Below are positions 8,670-18,424 of a DNA stretch of 64,000 bases, in pieces. The stretch covers positions 1 through 64,000 of the forward strand of contig DASCPX010000198.1 in NCBI GenBank assembly GCA_036012755.1, in the 5' to 3' direction. The translations under genes and the position numbers were made by a program. The notes under the pieces were generated by a model. That model saw only the letters and a list, made by a program, of their open reading frames with translations. It was not told the origin of the DNA and did no database searches. The DNA comes from Myxococcota bacterium (GTDB taxonomy: Bacteria; Myxococcota_A; UBA796; CAJQPC01). Position 1 is the first letter of the stretch, and each line of letters starts with the position of its first letter.

Positions 8670-10019
8670 GTGATCTGGCTTCTGTCAGGCTGCAGCTGCA
8701 GCGACCCCGTCCCACCCGTGGTGGTCGAGGACCCCGGCGACCGGGGGCCCGAGACGGTCATCGTCGTCATCGCCTGCACGCTGAGGGCGGACCGGATGGG
8801 GGTCTACGGAAACCCCCGCGACACCACGCCGTACCTGGACTCCCTCGCCGAGAGCGGCGCGGTCTTCGAGAACATGCTGACCAACGCGCCCTGGACGCGG
8901 CCGTCAATCGGCTCCATCTCGACCGGGCGCTATCCGCTGGCGCTGGGAATCGATGACCCCGCCCCGAAGATGAACACCACTCGGGGAGTGCACGCCGACT
9001 TCGAGACCATCGCAGAGGCACTCCAAGCCGACGGGTGGACGACGGTCGGAGCGGTCGCCAACCCCAACGCCAACGCCGTCTTCGGCATGGCACAGGGCTT
9101 CGACACCTACCACGAGGCCGCGAAGCTCTGGCGCGAGGAGCACTCGAAGGTCCCTGGCACCGCCATCGTCGAGTCCTTCCTCGACATCGCCTCAGGGGTC
9201 GAAGGGCCGCTCTACGGCCAGCTGGTCGTCATCGACACCCACAGGCCCTTGCCGGTCCAGGCCCGCAGGCCCACCGAGTTCGGCATCGACGTGATGCTCG
9301 ACCCGACCGATCTCGACAAGTACGACGCCGCGCTGAAGATGGTCGACGATCTCGTCGCCGAGCTGGACCAGGGCCTCGCCGAGCTGGGGCGCGAAGACCG
9401 GGTGCTCTTCTTCGTGGGCGACCACGGCGAGGGCATAAACCGCCCCAAGTGGGCTGGGCGCGCGCACGGGCGCTACCTCTACGACGCAAACGTGCGAACC
9501 CCCTGGATCGCGCATGGGCCGGGCATCGCGGGTGGGAACCGGGTCACGGGGCTGGCCGAGAACGTCGATCTGAAGCCCACGCTGCTGGAGATGTTCGACG
9601 TGCCGAGCGTCGCCACCCTGGACGGGGACAGCCGGGCGGGCGTGCTGCGCGAGGGTCTCTCGGAGACCGGCGAGACCGCCGTGTTCACCGAGACCTACTT
9701 CTCCTCGGACCACCGCGGGCGCTGGACCACAGAGGACTGGACGCTCATCGCCAACTACGCAGCCGTCGCCTACAAGGGCGCCGAGGATCGAGGCCGCTTC
9801 GAGCTCTACGCGCACGACGACGCCAAGCAGGCCGACAACCTCTACGCCGACAACGGCGAGCTGGCCCAGGGGATGAGCCAGGACATGGAGGCCCTGCGGG
9901 CGCGCCTGCTGGAAGAGCAGCTCGTGTGGTCTGGCGAGGAGCTCAGCGGAGCCATGCAACAGGCCCTGGAGGCCCTTGGCTACGTCGAGGGTGGCGACGG
10001 CGCTCCTCGAGACGAGTAG
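8670..10019 (+). CDS. Sulfatase/alkaline phosphatase superfamily lipoprotein (Thr at the nucleophile position)
   Basis: TLRAD, APWTRPS..STGRYP, GDHGE, C-terminal LEALGYV. Confidence 0.85.
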   Translation: MIWLLSGCSCSDPVPPVVVEDPGDRGPETVIVVIACTLRADRMGVYGNPRDTTPYLDSLAESGAVFENMLTNAPWTRPSIGSISTGRYPLALGIDDPAPKMNTTRGVHADFETIAEALQADGWTTVGAVANPNANAVFGMAQGFDTYHEAAKLWREEHSKVPGTAIVESFLDIASGVEGPLYGQLVVIDTHRPLPVQARRPTEFGIDVMLDPTDLDKYDAALKMVDDLVAELDQGLAELGREDRVLFFVGDHGEGINRPKWAGRAHGRYLYDANVRTPWIAHGPGIAGGNRVTGLAENVDLKPTLLEMFDVPSVATLDGDSRAGVLREGLSETGETAVFTETYFSSDHRGRWTTEDWTLIANYAAVAYKGAEDRGRFELYAHDDAKQADNLYADNGELAQGMSQDMEALRARLLEEQLVWSGEELSGAMQQALEALGYVEGGDGAPRDE

Positions 10020-10022
10020 CTC

Positions 10023-10250
10023 CTAGAAGCACTCCCACTCGCCAGCGGGGGTGCCCTTCCTGAGCTTGTCCGCGACCACCCAGGCGTCGATCGCCGCCAC
10101 CGGGCAGGCGAGGCCGGCGAAGTAGCAGGTGGCGATGCTCAGCAGGAGCATCACCGCGCCTTTTTTGTGCTGGCCGGCCACCATCTGGCCCACGCCCGGA
10201 AGCAAGAAGCTCAGCGCGGCGGCGACAGCGGGGTGCCTCAGCTTGTCCAT
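10023..10250 (-). CDS. Small membrane protein (TM2-like)
   Basis: AAALSFLLPGVGQM..GQHKKG motif, VAAIDAW. Confidence 0.75.
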   Translation of the reverse strand: MDKLRHPAVAAALSFLLPGVGQMVAGQHKKGAVMLLLSIATCYFAGLACPVAAIDAWVVADKLRKGTPAGEWECF

Positions 10251-10318
10251 CGGGGATGTGGCTAACTCGATGACGAGGGCAGCCGCTTCTGGGCTCCTCA
10301 GCGGTGCGCCGAGCGGCG

Positions 10319-13045
10319 CTATCGGTCCAGCTTGCGCTTCGCCTTCTTGCGGGCCTTCTTCAGGGCGTCGCCGACGCCATCGTCGGGCTCCTCTGGCGGC
10401 TCTTCGGGGGGCTCCTCCGGTGGCGGTCTGCCTGGTGGGGGCCTTCGCTTCGGCGTTGAGGGCGGAGGCGCGCTCCTCCGCGTGGGGGCGAGGTCCTGGA
10501 CCGCTGCCTCCACCGTGCCCCAGAAGCGCAGGCGGCGTCCGGCGATCTCGAGCAGGAGCAAGACCAGCGCCAACAAGGCCAGTTCGCGGCTGATCACGCG
10601 AGCGGCGACCCCTTCGCTCTCGCCCTCGAAGAGGCCCTCGACGGCTCCGTCCGCTCGGCCTCCGCTGATCTCGGTGATGCGTCGTAGCGTGCGTCGCCCG
10701 GCGCTCGCGTCGCGCTGGTGGCGGAACTCCGGGCTGTTGACCAGGGCCATCGGCGGGAGCTCCAGGGGCGTGTCGTCCAGCACGACCGTGCCGATGGTCA
10801 CCCCCGCCTGTGAAAGGGGTACCCGCAGCTCGTAGCGGTCCTCTGCCACTCGCACCGGAGCCAGCTCCCGGCTCTCCCCGCCCGGATCGAGCAGGGACAC
10901 GGTGACCGCAGGGAGCTCGACCTCGCCGCCGGCCTGGAGCACGACGACCGCCTCCTGTCCCTCCTGCCGCACCCCTGCGTACCAGTCGCCCGGCTCCTCG
11001 TTGACGGCGATGTAGCGGCCCGAGGTGACGAAGAGCTCGGAGAACCCTGGCCAGGACAGGAGCTCCTGGCCGTGGCTCCCGCCGACCTGGCCCGTGTAGG
11101 CCACCACCCGCCCCAGACCGACCTGGTGGAAGGCCAGCAGCGGTGCGTTGTTCTCGTCGACGGTGACGACCCCCTGCGAGGCTCCCGGGACCAGCCAGCA
11201 GAGGTTGTAGCCGGCGAGCGTCGGGAAGCCCTCTGTCGGGACCTCGCCGAGTCCGTAGATGCCCGGCTGCACCTTGGCCGGGGTCGTGTCGTCCACGAAG
11301 CTGGCTCGCGCGGCCACCAGGGTGTCCATCGCGAAGAGCCGCGGCAGCTCCTGGGGCCTCGTCGTGAAGTAGGCCTCCCCACCGCCTCGGCGCGCGAGCT
11401 CGATGAGGAACTCCGCGTCCGGATCCTGGGTCGTGCCGAGGGCGATGACCGAGATCGTCGTGCCCGCCGCGAAGAGCTCGTCGGCGAGGTCGTAGCAGCC
11501 CTCCTGCTGCTCGGAGTCGGCGGCGTCCGAGAACAGGATGATGTGCTTGTTCGGGTGGGTCGAGTCCTTCAGCTCACGCTTGGCTGCGACCAGCGCGTTG
11601 TAGGTGTAGATGCCGCCCCCCATCGACTGCACCCGAGCCACCTCGCGAGCCATCGCCTCGGGGTCGACGATGGGCGTCAGCGGCATGACCCGATGGGCCT
11701 CGCTGTCCACCGCTGTGACCGAGATGGCGTCGATCGGCGTCAGGAGCCGGATCGCGGCCGCGGCGCCGTCGTTGGCGAGGTCCATCTTCGTGACCCCGGG
11801 CGCAGCCTCCATCGACATCGAGCCCGAGCGGTCCATCACGATGGACAGGGCCATGCCGACTTTTCGGTGCTCCTGGCGTAGCTCCATCGAGACCGGGAGC
11901 ACGGGATCCAGCGGCGACTCGTGGTAGCCGCCGACACCGAAGCTCGCCTTGCCGCCGGTGATCAAGAGGCCCCCGCCGCGGTTCTCGACGAAGTCGGCCA
12001 GGGCGCCGAGGCCATCGTGCCCGACCCGTCCCGCGTCCACGTTCTCGAGCACCACCGCGCGGTAGCGGGTCAGCGAAACGGGCGACAGCGGGCGGCCCTC
12101 TGGGCTGCTCACCTCGACAGAGAGACCGCCGGCCCGCAGGGACTCCGACAGTGACGAGGGCTGGCCGTTGTCGTTCAACAGGAGCACGCCCTTGGGTCCG
12201 ACCGCGAGCACTGCGCCGAGCCCGTCGTCGTTCTCGGGGACCCGGTCGTCCGCTCCGAGGATGCGCAGGTCGTAGGTGGCGACGCCCGCTTCGTCGAGGC
12301 GGTCGCGGAACTGCATGCGGTTGAGGCCGGACTCGAAGCGGCGGGTGCCCGAGGCGAGCACGACCCCGTCCCGGGAGAGCTCGTAGTCGTGGGTGCCTGC
12401 CCGATCGGTGCGGACCCACGCCGTGAAGAGCCAGGGCTGACCGACATCGACGCGGTCCGGGAGGTCCATCTGCACGACCGCGAGGTCCTCGCCGGCCGGC
12501 CTCTCCGCGCTGCGTGTGTGGATCTCGACGCGGCGCGCTGCGGCCCTTCGCGCGACCGGGAGGGCGTCTCGTCCGGTGAGCTCGCCGTCAGAGAGGACCA
12601 GGATGCGTCCCGAGCGCTCCTCGCCGATGAGCTGCAGCGCCCTCTCCAGAGCCTCGGCGAGATCCGATCCGTCGGCGTCCACCGCTCTCTCGAAGTCCTG
12701 GAAGCGTGCCTCCGAGCTCGGAGCCTGCTCCACGACGGGGCTCCTGCCGAAGCTCACCACCCCCAGGCGGTCGCCGCCGCCGCGCTGCTCTTCTACGAGC
12801 TGGATGAGCTCTCGGGCGCGTTCTTTTGCGTCATCGGGCATCGAGCGCGAGTGGTCGACCACCACCACGACGTCCCTGCCAGTGCTCGGACGCTTGAGGA
12901 AGGGGGCCGCCAGGGCCACGACCAGGGTCACTATCAGCGAGGCGCGAACTGCATCGCCGAGGCGTCCCGTGCCGCGGGTGAACCACCAGGCGAGCGCCGC
13001 CGGGACTGCGAGCAGCAGGAGCTCCGGGAACAGGAGCCCGGTCAT
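10319..13045 (-). CDS. Membrane vWA-domain protein with two MIDAS motifs and a GATase-like middle domain
   Basis: VVDHSRSM, VLSDG, VMDRSGSM, ILFSDAAD, GGGLLITGG..SFG.GGY; ATGA overlap at 13042-13045. Confidence 0.85.
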   Translation of the reverse strand: MTGLLFPELLLLAVPAALAWWFTRGTGRLGDAVRASLIVTLVVALAAPFLKRPSTGRDVVVVVDHSRSMPDDAKERARELIQLVEEQRGGGDRLGVVSFGRSPVVEQAPSSEARFQDFERAVDADGSDLAEALERALQLIGEERSGRILVLSDGELTGRDALPVARRAAARRVEIHTRSAERPAGEDLAVVQMDLPDRVDVGQPWLFTAWVRTDRAGTHDYELSRDGVVLASGTRRFESGLNRMQFRDRLDEAGVATYDLRILGADDRVPENDDGLGAVLAVGPKGVLLLNDNGQPSSLSESLRAGGLSVEVSSPEGRPLSPVSLTRYRAVVLENVDAGRVGHDGLGALADFVENRGGGLLITGGKASFGVGGYHESPLDPVLPVSMELRQEHRKVGMALSIVMDRSGSMSMEAAPGVTKMDLANDGAAAAIRLLTPIDAISVTAVDSEAHRVMPLTPIVDPEAMAREVARVQSMGGGIYTYNALVAAKRELKDSTHPNKHIILFSDAADSEQQEGCYDLADELFAAGTTISVIALGTTQDPDAEFLIELARRGGGEAYFTTRPQELPRLFAMDTLVAARASFVDDTTPAKVQPGIYGLGEVPTEGFPTLAGYNLCWLVPGASQGVVTVDENNAPLLAFHQVGLGRVVAYTGQVGGSHGQELLSWPGFSELFVTSGRYIAVNEEPGDWYAGVRQEGQEAVVVLQAGGEVELPAVTVSLLDPGGESRELAPVRVAEDRYELRVPLSQAGVTIGTVVLDDTPLELPPMALVNSPEFRHQRDASAGRRTLRRITEISGGRADGAVEGLFEGESEGVAARVISRELALLALVLLLLEIAGRRLRFWGTVEAAVQDLAPTRRSAPPPSTPKRRPPPGRPPPEEPPEEPPEEPDDGVGDALKKARKKAKRKLDR

Positions 13046-14727
13046 GAGCGCTGCCTCGAGAGGATCCACCAGTCGACGCAGATCAAGAGCAGGGCCAGCA
13101 GCAACAGCGCCGTGTCGAGCCCGGAGAGCTCGGAGGCGACGGTGCCAGTCTCGACGATGGGCTCGCGGTCGCCAGAAGAGCGCTCGCGGAGGTCGGACTC
13201 GGCCGAATCTGCGAGGCGGACGGCGAACTCGATGCGCTCCTCGGGCCCTTCCAGGAGGTGCAGCCCGGGGTGGTCGAGCCCGGTGACGACGAGGTCCTCG
13301 CCGATGACCTCGAGCTCTTCGCCGTCGAGGATCCACGGACCCAGGCCGGCGCCGATGTGGACAAAGTCCTGGCCCACCACCAGGTTCGTCTCCCGCGGGC
13401 CGGGGAGGGCGTCGCGTCGCAGCTCGATCAGGTTCGAGAGCAGGATCGGCCAGTCCGGCGAGCGATGCAGGGTCGAAGCCCGGGGGTCGATGTCGACGTG
13501 GAAGACCGTCTCCTCTTGAGTGACCAGTGGGCGGTCGCCGGCACGGACCAGGGCGCGTCCGGGAGGGGGCTGTTCGCTGTAGCTCCAGATGACCCCGTCC
13601 AGGGTGACCCCGTCGAGGAGTCGGTGGGACCGGTCGATGAGGAAGGGCCCCAGCACGCTCTGCTTGCGCTCGCCGCCGAGGTGGACGAGCCAGGTGTCCG
13701 GGTCCGGTGTGGTGGTGGCTGGCCCGACGATGCGCAGGTGGGCGTCCTCGGACATCACGGTCCGTGGCGCCAGGTCCGCCCAGCGGTCCAGGCCGAGCAG
13801 GCTCGCGGTGGCCTCGTCCACATCGACGTCCAGTCGGACCTCGCGGACTGGCGAAGGCGCCAGCACGACCTCGTCGTCGATCTGCAGGCTGTCCTCGAGG
13901 TCGAGGACCACCCTGACGGAGCCGGTGCCCTCGGGCAGTACGAAGCGGTGGGCGCTGCGCCCTTCGCTCTCGAGCAGGACCGGCTCTTCTGCCAGCACCT
14001 CGTCTCCTGAGAGGACGCGGAGCCGTGTGCTGGTGACCTGCGCTGCGCTGCTCTCGACCTCTACGAAGAGGCGCTCTCCCTCCGTCGCGCGGATCCGGGA
14101 GGAGCGGGTGATGCCGAGGTTGTCGCCTGGCTCTCCCACCGCGACGATGCCGACGTGCTCAGGCCAGGTCTCGGGCTCGAAGCGGTCGCTGATCAGGACG
14201 ATCGCTCCCCCGGAGGCGAGCTCCGTCGCGAGGTCGATCGAGGGCCCCAGTTCGTGGTTCGGCAGGCCGGGCTGCCAGGCCTCGAGAGCGCTGAGCGCCT
14301 CTGCTTCCAGCGCCGCCGGACCGGCGATGACCCGGGGGTTCGGTCCGCTGGAGACGATGGTGGCGCGACCGCTGCGAGGCAGGGCGCGGACCCGGTCGCC
14401 GGCCTCGTCGATGGCGTCTTCGCGTACGGCGGACATCGACGCCGAGCCGTCCAGCACGAGCACGACGTGGTCGCTCGCGCCGATGCCGCAGCCCCTGGGG
14501 CTGGCCAGGCAGAGGCAGAGGAGCAGCGCCGCGAGCAGCTCCAGCCAGAAGCTCGGGTTCGTGGTCAGGGGCTCCCGCCGTCTTCCGGCGCTCGCGCGCT
14601 GGTCGGCGCCCTCCCACAAGAAAGCCGCCGAGACGAGGCGGTGGCGGTGGCGCCGGCGGAAGAGGTGCAGTCCGACGACCGCCGGGACTGCGACCAGTGC
14701 GATCAGTCCGAGCGGATTGGCGAACAC
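13042..14727 (-). CDS. BatA N-terminal plus vWA domain protein
   Basis: MFANPLGLIAL..P.VVGLHLFRRR, LVLDGSASM, LISD, ESDL, C-terminal TM. Confidence 0.85.
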   Translation of the reverse strand: MFANPLGLIALVAVPAVVGLHLFRRRHRHRLVSAAFLWEGADQRASAGRRREPLTTNPSFWLELLAALLLCLCLASPRGCGIGASDHVVLVLDGSASMSAVREDAIDEAGDRVRALPRSGRATIVSSGPNPRVIAGPAALEAEALSALEAWQPGLPNHELGPSIDLATELASGGAIVLISDRFEPETWPEHVGIVAVGEPGDNLGITRSSRIRATEGERLFVEVESSAAQVTSTRLRVLSGDEVLAEEPVLLESEGRSAHRFVLPEGTGSVRVVLDLEDSLQIDDEVVLAPSPVREVRLDVDVDEATASLLGLDRWADLAPRTVMSEDAHLRIVGPATTTPDPDTWLVHLGGERKQSVLGPFLIDRSHRLLDGVTLDGVIWSYSEQPPPGRALVRAGDRPLVTQEETVFHVDIDPRASTLHRSPDWPILLSNLIELRRDALPGPRETNLVVGQDFVHIGAGLGPWILDGEELEVIGEDLVVTGLDHPGLHLLEGPEERIEFAVRLADSAESDLRERSSGDREPIVETGTVASELSGLDTALLLLALLLICVDWWILSRQRS

Positions 14728-14784
14728 GTCTCTACCTATCCCCCCGACCGTGCAAGGGCGGTGCAGTTCCGAAGCACCAGGCGG

Positions 14785-15294
14785 TCAGGCGTCGGGGAGG
14801 TGGAGCAACCAGCGCCGGCCGCCGAGGACGACCTGCTCCTGGTCGCGCACGCCGCGGGTCTTGCCCGCCGCGTCTCGGAGCGCCCAGCCGCCCGCGACCT
14901 GGGAGACGGTGACGACCTCTTCGTCGTGGCCCAGGATCAGCACACGGTTGACAGCGCTGACGGCCTTTCCTCCGTCCATCGGCACGGCCTCGAGCGGAGG
15001 GGTGTCGATCGCGACGACGACCCAGGCCGAGCGGACGTGACCGAATGCGAGCTGCATGCCCGCGCGCAGCCGTACGCGCTCGGGTGGGTTCAAGCGCGAG
15101 CCGTCGACGTAGGTCCCGTTCCTGCTGTGGAGATCCTCGAGGAGCCAGACGCCGCCTTGCCAACGGATGCGTGCGTGCTGCCCGGAGACCTCGCCGTCCT
15201 CGATCTGCAGGTCGCAGCGCTGGGACCGCCCGACCAGCGTCGTGGCCCGCAGGGCGGCGCTTCGCCCGTCCTCTTCCAGCCTCAACAGTCCCAT
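14785..15294 (-). CDS. FHA domain protein
   Basis: VGRS..CDL, VSGQHA, DLHSRNGTYVDG; TACCAT 6 nt before ATG 15294. Confidence 0.9.
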   Translation of the reverse strand: MGLLRLEEDGRSAALRATTLVGRSQRCDLQIEDGEVSGQHARIRWQGGVWLLEDLHSRNGTYVDGSRLNPPERVRLRAGMQLAFGHVRSAWVVVAIDTPPLEAVPMDGGKAVSAVNRVLILGHDEEVVTVSQVAGGWALRDAAGKTRGVRDQEQVVLGGRRWLLHLPDA

Positions 15295-15366
15295 TCGGCG
15301 ATGGTACCAGCGCGGCACCAGCGTGCTGTCTGTCACACTCCTGTCACAATCGTGATAGCGTAGCGA

Positions 15367-16647
15367 ATGAGTTGGACCGCGACGCTGGGGAGCTTCGGGG
15401 TCGCTCTCGGCGTCGGCCTGATGGTCGGTCTCGAGCGCGAACGCGCCAGCTCCAAGCAGGACGCCGACTGGTTCGGTGGCATCCGGACCTTTGCCATCGT
15501 TGGGCTCGTCGGGGCGATGTTCGGCCTCATCGGGCAGGTCGCCGGTGGCTGGTTCTCAGCCCTCGGGGTGGGGCTCACCTGCGGGGTGCTCTTCCTCCCC
15601 GCGCTGTTGGAGGTGCGCCTCGGGCAGCGAGCTGGCATCACGAGCGAGGTCGCCTGCACGGTCGTCTTGATGCTCGGAATGCTCGCGATGGTGCCGGTCG
15701 GCGTCACGGATGATCCCCAGCGGTGGCGGCTCGTCGCGGCGGGGGGGGTCGCGGTGATGGGGCTCCTGACGATGCGCAAGCCGCTCCACAGGCTGGCGGG
15801 GAAGGTCAGTCGAGACGACCTCTACGCCACGGCCAAGCTCGCGGTGATGCTGCTCATCGTCCTTCCGATCCTCCCGGACGTCGGCTTCGGTCCCGGCGGC
15901 CGGGTCAACCCCTTCAGGGTGGGGCTGCTGGTCTCCCTGATCGCGGCCATCGGCTTCGCGGGGTACCTCGCGGTGCGGGTCCTCGGCAGCAGCAAGGGCA
16001 TGGCGGTCACGGGCCTGCTCGGCGGCCTGGTGTCCTCGACCGCGGTGACCCTGAGCTTCTCCGGGCGGGTCAAGGAGCAGCCCGAGCTCATTCAGACAGC
16101 GGCCCTAGGCATCATCCTGGCGAGCTCGGTGATGGTCCCGCGGGTGCTCGTGCTCTCCGCCATCGTCAGCCCTTCGTTGCTCGGGGCGGCGCTGGTGCCC
16201 GTGGGCAGCATGGGGCTGGTCGCCTTCGCCATGGCCGGGGTCCTGTACTACGTCCACCGCCAGAGCCCGGACGAGAACCCCGAGGTCGAGCTCGAGAACC
16301 CCTTCTCGCTCTCCCAGGCGATGAAGTTCGGTGCCGTCTTCCTGGTCGTCCTGGTCGTCACCGCCTGGCTCACAGAGGCCTACGGCAGCGGGGCGCTCTA
16401 CGTGTCAGCGGCGCTGTCCGCGGCCACCTCGGTGGATGCCATCACCCTGACCGTCGCCGAGCTCCACGCCGACGGTCTCCCTGACCAGGTCGCGGTCACG
16501 GCGCTGTTGATCGGCTGCATCTCGAACACGGTCGTCAAGGTCGGCCTCGGCCTGTCCCTCGGCGGGACCCGACTCGGAACCCGCCTCCTCGGAGTCTTCA
16601 TCCCGATGCTCGCGGCGGGCATCCTGGCCCTGGTGTTCACGCTTTGA
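15367..16647 (+). CDS. MgtC/SapB plus DUF4010 membrane protein
   Basis: GLMVGLERE, GGIRTF, GITSEVA, GGLVSSTAVT, LENPFSL. Confidence 0.9.
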   Translation: MSWTATLGSFGVALGVGLMVGLERERASSKQDADWFGGIRTFAIVGLVGAMFGLIGQVAGGWFSALGVGLTCGVLFLPALLEVRLGQRAGITSEVACTVVLMLGMLAMVPVGVTDDPQRWRLVAAGGVAVMGLLTMRKPLHRLAGKVSRDDLYATAKLAVMLLIVLPILPDVGFGPGGRVNPFRVGLLVSLIAAIGFAGYLAVRVLGSSKGMAVTGLLGGLVSSTAVTLSFSGRVKEQPELIQTAALGIILASSVMVPRVLVLSAIVSPSLLGAALVPVGSMGLVAFAMAGVLYYVHRQSPDENPEVELENPFSLSQAMKFGAVFLVVLVVTAWLTEAYGSGALYVSAALSAATSVDAITLTVAELHADGLPDQVAVTALLIGCISNTVVKVGLGLSLGGTRLGTRLLGVFIPMLAAGILALVFTL

Positions 16648-17198
16648 ACTGGATCGAGCTCACCTACACCTTCGCGGTCGCTCTGGGCGTCGGGCTCCTC
16701 GTGGGCTTCGAGCGCGAGCACTCCATGGCCGACCGAGAGGACGAGGACCGCCGCTTCGGAGGCTCGCGGACCTTCCCGCTCCTGGCGCTGCTCGGTGCGG
16801 TGGTCGGCGTGCTCCAGCCCCCCTTCGGCTGGGCGATCCCTGCGGTGGTCACGGCCGTCCTCGGCGTCGTGTTCACCTCGCTGGTGGTCGTCGAGGTGCT
16901 CGAGGGCAAGGGTCGAGGCATCACGACGGAGGTCGCCGGACTCTCGGTCTACATGCTCGGCATGCTCGCGGCGCTGCCCCTTCCGAACATGGCCCACACC
17001 CAGCGATGGGCCCTCTGTGCGGCGCTCGCGACGGTGCTCCTTGGTCTGTTGGCGCTCAGATCGACCCTGCACTCGGCCGCGCGAGAGGTGAAGCGTCGCC
17101 AGCTCCAGCGCGTCTTCCAGATCGGCGTCGTGGTCCTGGTCGTGATCCCGCTGCTCTACAGCATGCTGGCGGATATGGGCATCACGTTGATACCTTGA
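16644..17198 (+). CDS. MgtC/SapB-like membrane protein; short paralog lacking DUF4010
   Basis: GLLVGFERE, GGSRTF, GITTEVA; TTGA overlap. Confidence 0.85.
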   Translation: MNWIELTYTFAVALGVGLLVGFEREHSMADREDEDRRFGGSRTFPLLALLGAVVGVLQPPFGWAIPAVVTAVLGVVFTSLVVVEVLEGKGRGITTEVAGLSVYMLGMLAALPLPNMAHTQRWALCAALATVLLGLLALRSTLHSAAREVKRRQLQRVFQIGVVVLVVIPLLYSMLADMGITLIP

Positions 17199-17227
17199 GA
17201 TCTTCCCGGCACCTCGAAGGGACCCCC

Positions 17228-18244
17228 ATGCTCATTGCGCTCCTCGCCTGCACGCCGAAGGACGACATCGAGCCCGCCGACAGCGCCCTCGTCGAGGCAG
17301 ACGCCGACGCCGACGCTGACGCCGACTCCGACTCGGACTCCGACGGGGACTCGGACGCCGACTCCGACGCTGACACCGACGCGGACGCGGACACCGATGT
17401 GCAGTCGCAGACCGTCCGCTTCGTCGCGATGGGTGACGGCGGCGAAGGCAACGACGACCAGTACCAGAACGCTGGCGCGGTGAAGGACGTCTGCGACCGC
17501 AAGGGCTGCGACTTCGTGCTCTACCTAGGCGACAACTTCTACAACGACGGCGTCGACAGCGTGGACGACGAGCAGTTCTACACGAAGTTCGAGGCCCCCT
17601 ATGCCGAGCTCGACCTCCGCTTCTACGTGGTCCTGGGCAACCACGACTACGGCGAGCTCTCGATCTTCGACTACAAGGTCGACTACGAGATCGAGTACAC
17701 GGACCACTCGGACAAGTGGTACCTGCCCGACCGCTACTACTCCCACAGCCACGAGCACGTCGACTTCTACGGTCTGGACACCAACGAGGTGATGATCTGG
17801 AACGGCGAGGACCAGCCCAACTGGCTCGAGAGCGCCATCAACAGCTCGACAGCGGACTGGAAGATCGCCTACGGCCACCACCCCTACGTCAGCAACGGCA
17901 AGCACGGCAACGCCGGGGAGTACGAGGGCTACGAGTGGCTGCCCATCGCCAACGGGGCGACGGTCAAGGAGTTCATGGAGGACCAGCTCTGTGGGCGTGT
18001 CGACCTCTACATCAGCGGCCATGACCACAACCGCCAGTGGCTCGAGCCCCAGTGCGGCACCGAGTTCATCGTCAGCGGAGCGGCGGCGAAGACCAGCGCT
18101 CTCGAGGGTCGGGACTCGCCCACGCTCTTCGAGGACGACCAGCTCGAGGGCTTCGTCTGGATCGAGATCGTCGACAACGAGCTGGTCGGCGAGTTCTACG
18201 ACTACAACGGCACCCTGGACTACACCCGCACGCTGACGAAGTAG
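17228..18244 (+). CDS. Calcineurin-like metallophosphoesterase lipoprotein (purple acid phosphatase-like)
   Basis: MGDGG, LGDNFY, LGNHDY, GHHP, SGHDH. Confidence 0.92.
   Translation: MLIALLACTPKDDIEPADSALVEADADADADADSDSDSDGDSDADSDADTDADADTDVQSQTVRFVAMGDGGEGNDDQYQNAGAVKDVCDRKGCDFVLYLGDNFYNDGVDSVDDEQFYTKFEAPYAELDLRFYVVLGNHDYGELSIFDYKVDYEIEYTDHSDKWYLPDRYYSHSHEHVDFYGLDTNEVMIWNGEDQPNWLESAINSSTADWKIAYGHHPYVSNGKHGNAGEYEGYEWLPIANGATVKEFMEDQLCGRVDLYISGHDHNRQWLEPQCGTEFIVSGAAAKTSALEGRDSPTLFEDDQLEGFVWIEIVDNELVGEFYDYNGTLDYTRTLTK
17300..17398 (+). repeat. Coding (GAC-NNN)n repeat; 33-codon Asp-X linker
   Basis: DADADADADSDSDSDGDSDADSDADTDADADTD. Confidence 0.9.
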
Positions 18245-18424
18245 CTGTTCGACAGCTGGCGCTGGGGGGCCCATCCCGGGAAGAAGCTGCTACCCGCGCT
18301 CGCGCTGTTGCTCGCTCAGTGGGGAATGGAGATCCCGGAGCGGGGGGCCCTCCAGGAGAACCTCGCTGCCTTCTTGCGCTCGTGAACGCCCAGCTGGCGC
18401 ACCCTCCGCCCAGAGGAGGCGTAG

